A stretch of DNA of 64,000 nt, taken from assembly GCA_951406725.2 (NCBI GenBank), contig OX597816.1, positions 122,140,001 through 122,204,000 on the forward strand, given 5' to 3'. This DNA comes from Octopus vulgaris (lineage: Eukaryota). Shown one piece after another: positions 53,130 through 64,000 of the stretch (position 1 is its first letter; the number at the start of each line of letters is the position of its first letter). A program made the translations under genes and the position numbers. Below the pieces are notes generated by a model. That model did no database searches and was not told the DNA's origin. It saw only the letters and a list, made by a program, of their open reading frames with translations.

Positions 53130-53690
53130 ACATGGAGGACTGGAAACTATCTGAATACTAGGAAAGAGTTAATTTTACCATAATGATTCGCACCGGGTAT
53201 CAAAATACCGACATCATGACTGTTGCTCAGTGCTCTGTGAACACTATAAAGGCTGTAAGATGTGACAAGAACAGCTGCAACGGAGACTACGAAGCTGTGG
53301 CTAGCAGGAAGGACACAGCAGGTGTTCTGATTGCGTTTGACTCTGGAATTCAACCAACAATTGATGAACTATGCCTTAGTCTCAATTCAGACGGTTATGT
53401 GAAGCTACTGGAGGCCGTGGTTAAACCCCGACTGAAGAGGGTTGCTACAGGAAGGTCATATATGCGGCAGCAGGATTCGGCTCCTAGCTATACCACCAGA
53501 AAGAGTCAGAAGTGTTTGTCGCAGAATTTCTACTTCACCGGTCCCAATTTCTGGCGTCTTAATTCCCCCAAATGTAATCATATGGATTACTATGTATGGG
53601 GAGCTGTTGAGAAAGACGTCTGCTATATGACATCACAACCCATGCCAACATCACCACAAACACCTTGTAAACATCGTCACTATATAATAT
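53130..53690 (+). pseudogene. maT (DD37D-like) transposase remnant, internally deleted
   Basis: YVKLLEAVVKP...QQDSAPSYT...WRLNSPKCNHMDYYVWGAVEK, with 36 residues between the last two Asp in this copy. Confidence 0.78.
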
Positions 53691-54422
53691 AAGAAATATT
53701 TTTAGATGCAGTTTTGTCAGGGCCAAAGAGACTGCAAGAGAATGTTTCTGTTAGCATATACCATATGTATTTTTCTGTCAGAGCCAAAGAGACTACAAGA
53801 GAATGTCTCTGTTAGCATATGCCATTTGTATTTTTCTGTTTCTTACTGAATGTCAGATGTGAATATATAAACGGAGTGTAATAAAATAATAACAAACCAA
53901 CGTCAATGTTTAATTCTTCTCATAAGGATTTCACAACTGAAGTATGCTGTATTGCACCATTCTCTCTGAGACTAGTTTTGATTTACTTACATCACTTTTT
54001 ATTGTCATTTTAAAACACAAAATTTGCTTTTATTTTGCTTCCATTTTCATATTATAAATTTGATAAACATAAACTTACCAAACGTATTAGTGTTAGACAC
54101 ACGCACACATACACACGCACACTCCGACAAACGCAGGCGCACGTGGATACACACAGACACAATGTGTGTGCATCTTAACATTTATATAATAAAATATACT
54201 CAATCATACTTATGTGTATAAGTTCATACATTTTTACATATATAATTATATGCATTCATATAGAAAGGTGCACATATATACAATCATACTGATAAATATA
54301 AATATCATAACAAAAATATTTACATTTCCAAATACATACATACATATACACCTACATACATACGTACATATATTTATATGTATGTATGTATGTATATGTA
54401 TATTATATATATATATATATAT

Positions 54423-55683
54423 ACCAGCAGAGATACACAGCGTTGCCCGGTCACATGTAATTGAAGAATTAGACTTTTCTGTTATATTTTCTGTAATGAA
54501 CTGGAATATCTATGTTTCGAATTTCATCAAAATTGCAGATGAGGGTTATTTCCCCCTTTACACACCCTAAAAAAATTGCAATCGTGCCACATGTATCTCA
54601 TACTACTGATTGAACAGTTAAAAAGATTTTGCTCCTGAAAAATGAAGGTCATTGGGCTCTAAAATGTGAGAGTTAAGGCCCCTGTTGGGCGTGGGCATCT
54701 TAATGTCAACAAGAGAATTTGTATTGTTGAAAATATTTTTAACTTGGGTATTATATCTATTGTTTGAATTTCTTTGAAATAGGAAATATATGTTCACTGG
54801 GTTTGTAAAGAAGAGCAAAGCTACAGGAAACCAAAAGACGAATGATCACAATAAGCAGTCAGTTACCCTACCCTAGTCGTTACCACTCCCAATGTAGGAT
54901 TCCTCACCATCCAGGTGACAGGCACAGCCGTAAGATGCATTGCGAATCTATAGCAATTGGAAGGGCGTGACCCAACTGAAATCAACATTAACAACTGTAT
55001 GACGTGAGGGCTAAGGAGAAATTAAAGTGTCACCTCTGGAGTTTGCAAATGACCACTAAACTGATACGTAACTAGACAGAATAAATTTAAAATCTATAAA
55101 TGTCTTTGAATAACCAGTCACTCATCTGGGAAGGCCTTGAAATCAATGTTAGCAACTGGGGACTATGTGTGACCGAGTGATAATAAAAAGACTGAAAGGA
55201 GGTCTGCAATCAAATAACTTTACTCAGCACTTTGCAACTGAATTAGTGGAGGCAAAGATGCTTCTCATTTACTTGACAATTTATGCACCACATTCCAGAA
55301 ATCACAATGTAAGTGTAAGTCAAAGCAAACTGTTACACTGTTGTACCATTGAACTAGAAATAATGCCCAACTTTTATGCTCGGGTAACCCTACAGCTTCC
55401 AAGAGCACAACTGTATTCGTTTTTGCTTAGATAAAATGACAAAATTGTGGGTGTTAAGTCCCCATGGAGGGGTCTTTCTAACTTTGTAATAAGATTAGAT
55501 TTTATAAATATTACTTCATTTGTGTCTAATATCTATGGTTAAAATTTCATCAACAGCAAAAATATATGAATTGTCATGGGGGTTATGACCCTTATGCATA
55601 GAATATAATTTCCAAATTTCATAAAGATCTATTCAGTACTTTTGACCTAGTTTTGGAACAGAAAAAGAAATATATATATTAGA
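54423..55683 (-). mobile_element. Degenerate Helitron-derived element
   Basis: Reverse complement 3' end ccgggcaacgctgtgtatctctgctgg resembles 38779-38806. Possible 5' TCTAATATA and helicase-like scraps GLPEHK and NGT. Confidence 0.5.
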
Positions 55684-55702
55684 AATATATTAGAACTAGC
55701 AG

Positions 55703-55748
55703 CCTGGAGACATGCATGTTTCTGGGTCTTGCCCGTCGTCAGTCCAGG
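55703..55748 (-). ncRNA. Type I hammerhead ribozyme (inverted copy)
   Basis: Reverse complement: cctgga-CTGACGA-cggg-caaga-ccca-GAAAC-atgcat-GTC-tccagg. Confidence 0.85.
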
Positions 55749-55925
55749 GTAGCGTGTCCACCCCAGCGGTGATACTTACCAAGCCCTTGCAAATATATCT
55801 ATTTACAGTGAAATTTATTCACTGGTCACCGTAATTAGAAATATTGAATTTCTAAATCTCTACGGGACTGTCACGTTATGTTGACTTTATACAACCACTC
55901 TATCGCTCCACCACCGCTCATGTCT

Positions 55926-55969
55926 CTGGACTGACGACGGGCAAGACCTAGAAACATGCATGTCTCCAG
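55926..55969 (+). ncRNA. Type I hammerhead ribozyme
   Basis: ctgga-CTGACGA-cgggcaagaccta-GAAAC-atgcat-GTC-tccag. Confidence 0.83.
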
Positions 55970-56279
55970 GCTGCTAGTTCTAGCTGGTGGGGATGCTTGC
56001 CTCCCCTTTGCAAATATAAGGACACAGGAAATGTGTCAAAGCCGACAGGAAGCGTCGATGCTTCCTAGGGCTGTATAGCTTTGGTGTAATTCCCTCTACG
56101 GGACTGTCACCTTATGTTGACTTTATACAACCACTCTATCGCTCCACCACCGCTCATGTCTCGTTCAGACATTTAGAAATTCAATATTTCTAATTACGGT
56201 GACCACTGAATAAATTTCACTGTAAATAGATATATTTGCAAGGGCTTGGTAAATATCACCGCTGGCGGGGACACGCTAC

Positions 56280-56325
56280 CCTGGACTGAGGACGGGCAAG
56301 ACCCAGAAACATGCATGTCTCCAGG
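56280..56325 (+). ncRNA. Type I hammerhead ribozyme
   Basis: cctgga-CTGAGGA-cgggcaagaccca-GAAAC-atgcat-GTC-tccagg. The core differs only at the free N7 position. Confidence 0.85.
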
Positions 56326-56482
56326 CTGCTAGTTCTAACTGGTGGGTGCTTGCCTCCCATTTGCAAATATAAGGACACAGGAAATGTGTCAAAGCTGACA
56401 GAAGGCGTCGATGCTTCATAGGGCTATATAACGGTGGTGTAATTCCCTCTAAGGGACTGTCACGTTATGTTGACTTTATACA

Positions 56483-56584
<102 letters not shown>

Positions 56585-56630
56585 GAAAGAATGGAGTTGA
56601 ACGACGAATTAACAAAATTCCTTTATTTTA

Positions 56631-56712
56631 TTTTCGACATATGTTTCGAAGGCTGCATATTCCTAATTTCGAAGGAATAAGGGTGCATTATGCCGCCTTC
56701 TCATCAGGAAAA
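56631..56712 (-). ncRNA. Type I hammerhead ribozyme in the (TA)n-flanked island 56581-56801
   Basis: Reverse complement: ttttc-CTGATGA-gaaggc...gccttc-GAAAC-atat-GTC-gaaaa. Fully canonical core, with AATAAA just downstream. Confidence 0.88.
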
Positions 56713-57110
56713 GTAAGGAACTTATGTCAGCATCAAGATGCACAAAAACTTTTCGGTTAACCGAATTATCCATAATAAGATAATTCATTCAATTACTCAA
56801 TTATATATATATATATATATATAAACACACACACACATACAAAGATAAATTGATAGATACAACTGAGTGGGCAAACAAAAAAATGAGTCACAGCCTAGCG
56901 CTTTTTTATGTTGATAAGCCTAGTACTTATTCTATAAGTTTGTTCTTGTTAAACTAGTAAGTTATGTGGATATAAATAAATGAACAGCAGTTGTGAAGCA
57001 GTGATTAGGGCGAAACACAGATACAAAGACACACACATACACTTACATAAATACAAACATATATATACGATTCATTTATTTCAGTTCTTGTCTACGAAAT
57101 CCATATATAT

Positions 57111-59808
57111 TGTTGTTGGCATCCTTTTTGTCTCAGGAGACAATGGAGTTGCGCATAAAATAATCTAGTCCGGCTTTTACATTTCATGTCCTAATACATC
57201 TCCTGATGTGGATGTGTAGTCCTATCCTGGACAAACACTCCCTCCTGCAGGTGCCGCAAATGTAGCGAAGACTTTGTCATAGTTTCTTGTTGACGTATTT
57301 TCTTGTCTTTCCATTTCTTCTCTCTCTCTATGTCACTCCTTTGTGTTCCCTATTTTACGATACGTCGCCAATCTCCACGGTTGCTGGCAACTGCTTCCCA
57401 GTTGGTAATATTGATGTTGCAGGCATTCATGTCCCTTTTGTAAACATTCTTGTATCGTAAGAACGGCCTTCCCACAGCCCTAGTGCCCCTAGCAAGCTCT
57501 CCGTTGAGTATGTCCTTGGGGATCCTGCCATCTTCCTTACGGCTAACATGTCCAAGCCATCTCATACATCTTTGTGTGAGGAGTGCAAACATGCTTGGTA
57601 TTCCTGCTTGCTTGAGGACATCTTTGTTGGGGACATGATTCTGCCATTTGATGCGAAGGATTTTCCGGAGGCAGCGCAGGTGAAAGATATTTAGGCGACG
57701 TATGGCGTCGTATGGCGTGTGTACGGCGTCCAAGTCTCACTTCCATACAGTAGAGTGCTAAGTACACACGCCTGGAACATCTTCATTTTTGTGGTCTTGG
57801 TCAGCTTATTGTTGTCCCATGTCCGTTTGGAGAGTTGGGCCATCACAGTAGCTGCCTTGCCAATGCGTATATTGAGCTGAGCATCAAGGGATAGGTTGTA
57901 GGTGACGGTAGAACCAAGATAAGTAAACTTCTCCACCTCCTGTAGTCTGTGGTTTCCAATATGTATGTTTGGGATGTCCGATGTAGCCTGACCCATGATG
58001 TTGGTATTCTTGAGGCTGATAATTAAGCCAAAGTTGCCACATGTTTGCTCAAAACAGTTGATGAGCCTTTGTAGGGCTTCTTCTGTGTGTGATACCAGAG
58101 CGGCATCATCAGCAAATAGCATCTCCTTAATCAGGACGCTTCTGATTTTGGTCTTGGCATGCAGACACGAGAGATTGAACAGTTTCCCATCACTTCTACT
58201 GTGCAGAAACACTCCATCATCTGATGTCTCAAAGGCATGTGACAGCAGCAGCGAGAGGAATATTCCAAATAATGTAGGAGCAAGGACACAACCTTGCTTT
58301 ACCCCGTTTTTTTATTTGGAAGGCGGCTGATGTTGAACCATTGTGCTGTATGGTGCCTTGCATATCATCATGGAAAGATTTGATGATCCTCAGTAGCTTT
58401 GCTGGACATTCGATTTTTTGGAGCAGAATGAAGAGGCCTTTTCTACTTACCAAGTCAAAGGCCTTTGTCAGATCAATGAAAGCTATATATAATGGCATTT
58501 TCTGCTCTCTGGACTTCTCCTAAAGTTGGCGCATGGAGAATATCATGTCAGTAGTTGATCTGCTTCTTCTAAAGCCAGGCTGCGATTCTGGATAAATTGA
58601 AGAAGCAAGCAGTTGTAGCCTGGACAGGATAATGCGAGCAAATGCCTTTCCAACAGTGTTTAGAAGAGATATTCCACGGTAATTGTTACAATCACCACGG
58701 TCACCTTTGTTTTTTTTTAAAGCGTAATGATGTTAGCATCCCGCATATCCTGAGGGACTGTACCCTCTTTCCAGCACTGACACAGAAGCTCATGAAGGTG
58801 CCGAAGCAGGATGGTGTTTTTGCCGGTTTTGATAATCTCTAAGGGGATGCCATCTTTTCCCGGAGCCTTGTTACTTGCTAGGAAGTCAATAGCCTCGGTG
58901 AGCTCTGCTATAGATGGCAGACTGTCAAGTTCGCACATGACTGACAAGATCTTGAGACCCTCGATTGCAGCCTCAGCTACCGTGGTCTCCCGTGAGTAGA
59001 GATCCTGGTAGTACTCCATCCATCTATCCATTTGATTGCTTTGGTCCTTGATGATATCTGTAGTAGTTGATTTCAGAGGGGCTGACTTGGTTGCGGATGG
59101 ACCAAGGGCCTTCTTTAAACCGGTATACATCCCACGGGTATCGCCACTGTCAGCAGCTGACTGGATACTCAGACAGATTTCCTGCCAATACCTATTTGCA
59201 CAGCGTCTGGCAGTCAGTTGGGTTTTATTTCTTGCCTTTCTGAGTTCTTCGAGTGACTTTGTATAAGAATCACTCTTGTATTGCATCAGTGCTGCACGCT
59301 TTGCTTTGATAACTGTTTCCAGCTCTGACAGCCCAGCATTGAACCAATCTGGGTTTTGCTTTTCTCTCATGCCGAAAGTATCTATTGATGTGGTATACAA
59401 AGCTTCCCTGATATAATTCCACCTACTTTCAGTAGAGAAGGTTGGCAGCTACTGAGAGCAACCTTGATAGAAACAGCAAAACATTGTCGCAGTGTAGGGT
59501 CCGATGTTCTGGCAGTGTTAATGCGTGGTCGGCCCATTTTCTTGGAGTGATGGACTTTTTTAGGCAGAACCCTCACCATGTTCTTTATTAGTGAATGATC
59601 TGTGTCACAATCCGCGCTGTGGTAACTACGGGTCAGTTGAACAGAATTCAGAAAGGATCTTCGTGTAATGATGAGATCCAGCTGATGCCAGTGGTGAGAT
59701 CTTGGATGTCTTCAAGATGCCTTGTGGGATGTCTTGTTGGCAAATAATGTGTTAGTGATGCACAGGTTATGGTATGTGCAAAATTCAAGTAGTCTCTAGC
59801 CATTGTAA
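57111..59808 (-). mobile_element. RTE (BovB-like) LINE, 5'-truncated and frameshifted
   Basis: ORF pieces NKAPGKDGIP, AFIDLTKAFDLVSR, EMLFADDAAL, FTYLGS, LLYGSETW and WLGHVSR. (CAA)n tail at about 57111. Confidence 0.93.
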
Positions 59809-59896
59809 TTTATGTTAGCCATACCAAAACACATACACTTACATATATACATACATATATATACGATTGATTTGTTTCAGTTCCTGTCCTCGAAAT

Positions 59897-59957
<61 letters not shown>

Positions 59958-59960
<3 letters not shown>

Positions 59961-60486
59961 TGGCTTCCCCCTCGTTATCGAGTATGGTCATTGCACGAAG
60001 CTGAATCAATGTTGTTATCGTGCAATGCCTGTGCAAGAAGGTTTTTTTTAAAGTGAGGAAAGGCTGTGCACTGAGTCAATTCCACTGACTAAGCAACATC
60101 AGCCATAATCCGAAAAGAAGAACAAGTCAACATCATCGGTAACCACTGAGCCGCAGGTTTTATGTCGGAGTTATCCCAGTTACCTGAATTACCTTCTCCT
60201 AGAAGGATGTCCTAATAAAGACTATGAGTCCTTCATTCCCGATGGTTTAACTGCGCGATCGGGTATTCAGTCCGATCATTTCTATGTCCCGCGCATGATA
60301 CAACCTTCAGACATTTATTGGATGGCCGTTGACTCTCAAGAGTTCATCCGCCCTTTGACGGGTTTTGTTTTTCATCCCGCAGGGTGTCCAATAAACACCC
60401 TCCTCACCAAGCAAACTTGCTGGGGTTGCCGGTTTAGTCGCCGACGACCTGACCATGCAACAGGTTGTACTGGGTTACATGGACCC
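59958..60486 (-). mobile_element. Short non-autonomous RTE-type bipartite element
   Basis: Head shared with the 7455 and 30267 elements. The 3' end gcaatgaccatactcgataacgagggggaagccacca is RTE-tail-like and runs into (TA)n. Confidence 0.6.
60429..60486 (-). ncRNA. Candidate minimal HDV-like ribozyme
   Basis: Reverse complement: g-gtccatg(P1)-taac-ccagt(P2)-aca-acctgt-tg-catggtc(P1')-a-gg-tcg-tcgg-cga(P4)-CTAA-accgg(P2'). Several mismatches. Confidence 0.4.
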
Positions 60487-60571
60487 TAAGTAAGGCATGT
60501 GTAAAATTTGAATGAAATTGGTTGTGTATTTCTAAAGTTTTAGGGAAATAAACAGACTCACAGACACACAT

Positions 60572-60638
<67 letters not shown>

Positions 60639-60835
60639 TATATATATATATACATATATGCATACACACACATACATACATATATATTTGGTATTTACAA
60701 AAGAAACGAGCAAAAGATGAAGACGGGTGTGTAAACAGCAAACAGGTTTATTAGAGATACTCATACCCATGGAAGAAGCAAATTTGCTTCTTCCATGAGT
60801 ATGAGTAAGTATCTCATTTATTTCTTTTGCCACAT

Positions 60836-60890
60836 GTATCACTGACGAAGAGAGGGCTCTTAGTAGCTAACTCTGAAATCTGTCCGATAT
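60836..60890 (+). ncRNA. Minimal hammerhead motif
   Basis: gtatca-CTGACGA-agag..gct..agc..ctct-GAAA-tctg-TC-cgatat. First stem I pair is mismatched. Confidence 0.62.
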
Positions 60891-61147
60891 GGTAATAATG
60901 GAATTTTTTAGAAATTTCTGTCGACCTTTTTCGAGTAGCGTGCATATTGTGAAAAAATTATATGGTTAATGGACAATATGTCCAATTTTTCGGCATATTT
61001 GGCATTAGAATTTTTTTTCCTTTGCCCTCATTTATGAATTGTTTATAAATTTAACCGTTAAAGGTATTTTTTAATATGCTGGCCATTGATAAAATTTTTT
61101 TCGAGAAAATATTTTTTTTTTTTCGAAAAGAATTTTATCCTCACATT

Positions 61148-61236
<89 letters not shown>

Positions 61237-61885
61237 ACACATTCGACGCTTCCAAAAGCAAAACAAATGCTTGTTTTCATATTTTGTTGTATATATAAAT
61301 ATATATATAGGCAAATTTGTTGTTGAAAATCCACCTAAACTTGAAAAACGTGTAATTGTTTAAAATAAATTTATTTACATATATACCAAACTAGTTTCAA
61401 CAATTCTTTTTGTTTATCAATGGTAAAAATTTAGAATTATGAATTAGAAAATCAGATTTTAATGTTTCAATGTTGACAAGTTTAAATGTTCATAACAGTC
61501 AATAATATAAAAAGTGTGCATCTACTTGTTTAAATGTACAAATGACCCTTTAAGAGAATCTACCAACCAGAAGACTGATGACCGTCCCCACAGGGAAACC
61601 AACCAGGCAGAACGACAAACTTGATCACCAGAAAAACAAGATGTCACCAATATTTAACGAATCAAAAATCAGATCCGCTCACGAAAAAAATTATGAATAC
61701 ACCGAATTGCAAAACACACCGTTACAAGCGAAAGTTCCTCCACACGACAGAAAGAGAATTAGAGAAATTGTAAACCATACCCCTTTTTTGTTACTATTTT
61801 CATTTCTTCCTTGTTTTTTTCTCTCTAAAATCAGTATAACTGAAACTTTGATGATATTTTTTTTCTTGTCGATCAACATTTAAAC

Positions 61886-61943
<58 letters not shown>

Positions 61944-62550
61944 CTATCTGTGTGCAGTGTTCGTACATGCGAGAATGTCTATACAATCAAATACATACAC
62001 CTTTGAATTCGCAAATATATATCTGACTGTATGTTATGTCTCTGAATATTCCTGCTTCTATATAAGCACTTCTGTCTTCTGTTTACATGTAACTCTCTTC
62101 ATTCCAATTTTGTCTCTATATGTGTGTTTCAATTTCTCCCTGTTTGCCCATGTATGTCTGTATGAGTGTCTGCATGTGAAAGTGCATGAGTATGCATTTG
62201 TCTCATAACTATATATTTACTAGCAAAGCCATCAGATGCTATCTAGATATTGTGTCAAAGTAATATAAGAGAGAAGCATGTGATCTTAGGTAGAATTAAT
62301 TGCTATGCGAAACATACTTTGTGTAACCAGCGCATTAAACTCTCACTTATTGTATTATACCAAGAGTATTAATATCACATAACAATAGGCATCAACAAAG
62401 GGATATTTTTTTGTTACTTTTACTATACTGGCAACGTTGGATCATCTCACTCTCCACGTCGCCACCTCTCTCCCCATCTCTGTCTGTGTCTGTGTGTGTG
62501 TGTGTGTGTGTATGTATGTGTATGTGTGCAATACGCAGACAATGAAATAC

Positions 62551-62607
<57 letters not shown>

Positions 62608-62726
62608 CATGTCTTTCATTCTCTGCGTATTGCACACATATGAAACTAATATTTGTTTATAGAATATAGACAATGAAAGATGACGTAAACAAATAAAAGA
62701 AAGAATGAGAAGGTTTAGGGTAAGGG

Positions 62727-63180
62727 TGGCTTCCCAACCATATGGTTCCGGGTTCACTCCCACTACGTGGCACCTTGGGCAAGTGTCTTCTACTATAGCC
62801 TCGGACCAATCAAAGCCTTGTGAGGGGATTTGATAAACGGAAACTGAAAGAAACCTATTGTAGGGACCGCTCGGACTCTCACCTTCGCCATGAACAGTAT
62901 TTAATCTTCTCTCTTGGCTATTTTGCCCCTCCTCTCTTCATCTGACACCTACTTTCTCTCCTCACTCCTGTCCACCTCTCCTCCTCTCTTTATCTTACTC
63001 CTACTTCCTCTCTTCACTCCTAACCACTTCCTCTCTTCATTGAACTCCCCACCGATAGAAGAGACCGATAGAATAAGTTCTAGGCTTAGAAAGAATAAAT
63101 CCTGGTGTCGATTTGTTTGCCTAAATGTGGTACTCCAGCACAATCGCAGTCAAATGACTAAACAAGTAAAAGAATAAGAG
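62727..63180 (+). mobile_element. SINE family A split by a pyrimidine-rich insert
   Basis: 5' half at 62727-62860 and 3' half at 63060-63180. Confidence 0.75.
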
Positions 63181-63890
63181 AAATATAATCGTATTAAGAA
63201 TTTAAAAAAACTTATCAACATTCACTAACATAATTTCATTATGGATAGTGGCTTCGATTTTGTTCCATACTGAAAACTATTTCTTTTCGATGTAAATTAA
63301 AAAAAGAATAGATAACACACTAAGTAGAAAACATAAAAATAAAGCTGTCAGTGCCGTTGTTTCTTTAGGTTTCACCTTCAGTACTACCGTTGGGAATTTG
63401 GCTTTGGAAAAATATACAATTCCAACTTACAAGTTTGAAAATAACTTTGAAATTTTCACGACGAATTTATCAACTGATATGTTAACGGCAGCCTATATTT
63501 CAACCACGGGAGCGAGTGCAATATTTAATCCTATCTAAAGCATCAGACAATTAAAATTACAGATCACACATCGTTTTGATACTAGAATAAATTCTCTTTC
63601 GCCAACTTCAAAAGAGCACACAAAGCAGATAGAGAGACCGGATACAAATTGCCGTTACGTCGAAATTTAACAACCAACCGGAAGACAGTAATACAATTTT
63701 CCACTAGACTTCTATCAACTTATCAAACCAGAATTACTTCAACGTATTGCCTCCGTTAGAAGATTATGTCGAGCACGAAACTTGAAGTAACGAGAAATTA
63801 AGTCACTGGATTACAAATGAAAGAACGAACGAAATAACATTTGTGTGTGGGTGGGTGTGTGTACATGTACATATTTATATAGATTTGTAC

Positions 63891-63964
<74 letters not shown>

Positions 63965-64000
63965 TATACATACATAAATATATATATATATATATATATA

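Noticed and set aside
53712-53840. About 64-bp tandem duplication
   Set aside because: Ordinary local duplication with no further structure.
61575-61745. CTGATGA...GAAAC motif and 101-aa ORF
   Set aside because: No UH site or stem I closure, and the ORF has no convincing homology.

Overview
AT-rich, microsatellite-saturated animal non-coding DNA. The repeat and SINE content resembles an octopus-type cephalopod genome (inference from recalled families, not a search). No host gene is recognisable, and almost all track ORFs are translations of (TA)n, (CA)n, (TATC)n or (CATA)n. The window is a transposon graveyard: two abundant tRNA-type SINE families, RTE, CR1, Tx1 and R4/Dong-like LINE remnants, Tc1 and maT remnants, Helitrons and a tRNA-Gln-like pseudogene. 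The main unannotated signal is a Penelope/retrozyme-type RNA system. About 17 type I hammerhead ribozyme (HHR) motifs from roughly 9 sequence-unrelated families were folded by eye, most with a palindromic loop III. Most lie in modules bordered by (TA)n on one or both sides, arranged as outward-pointing palindromes or tandem 355-596 nt monomers. The centrepiece is a near-perfect 2.2-kb palindrome (10317-12496) carrying a GIY-YIG endonuclease frame, CCAAT/TATA motifs and an HHR on each arm. A separate RTE-derived bipartite element family carries a candidate minimal HDV-like ribozyme. All folds and alignments are manual and no activity is demonstrated.
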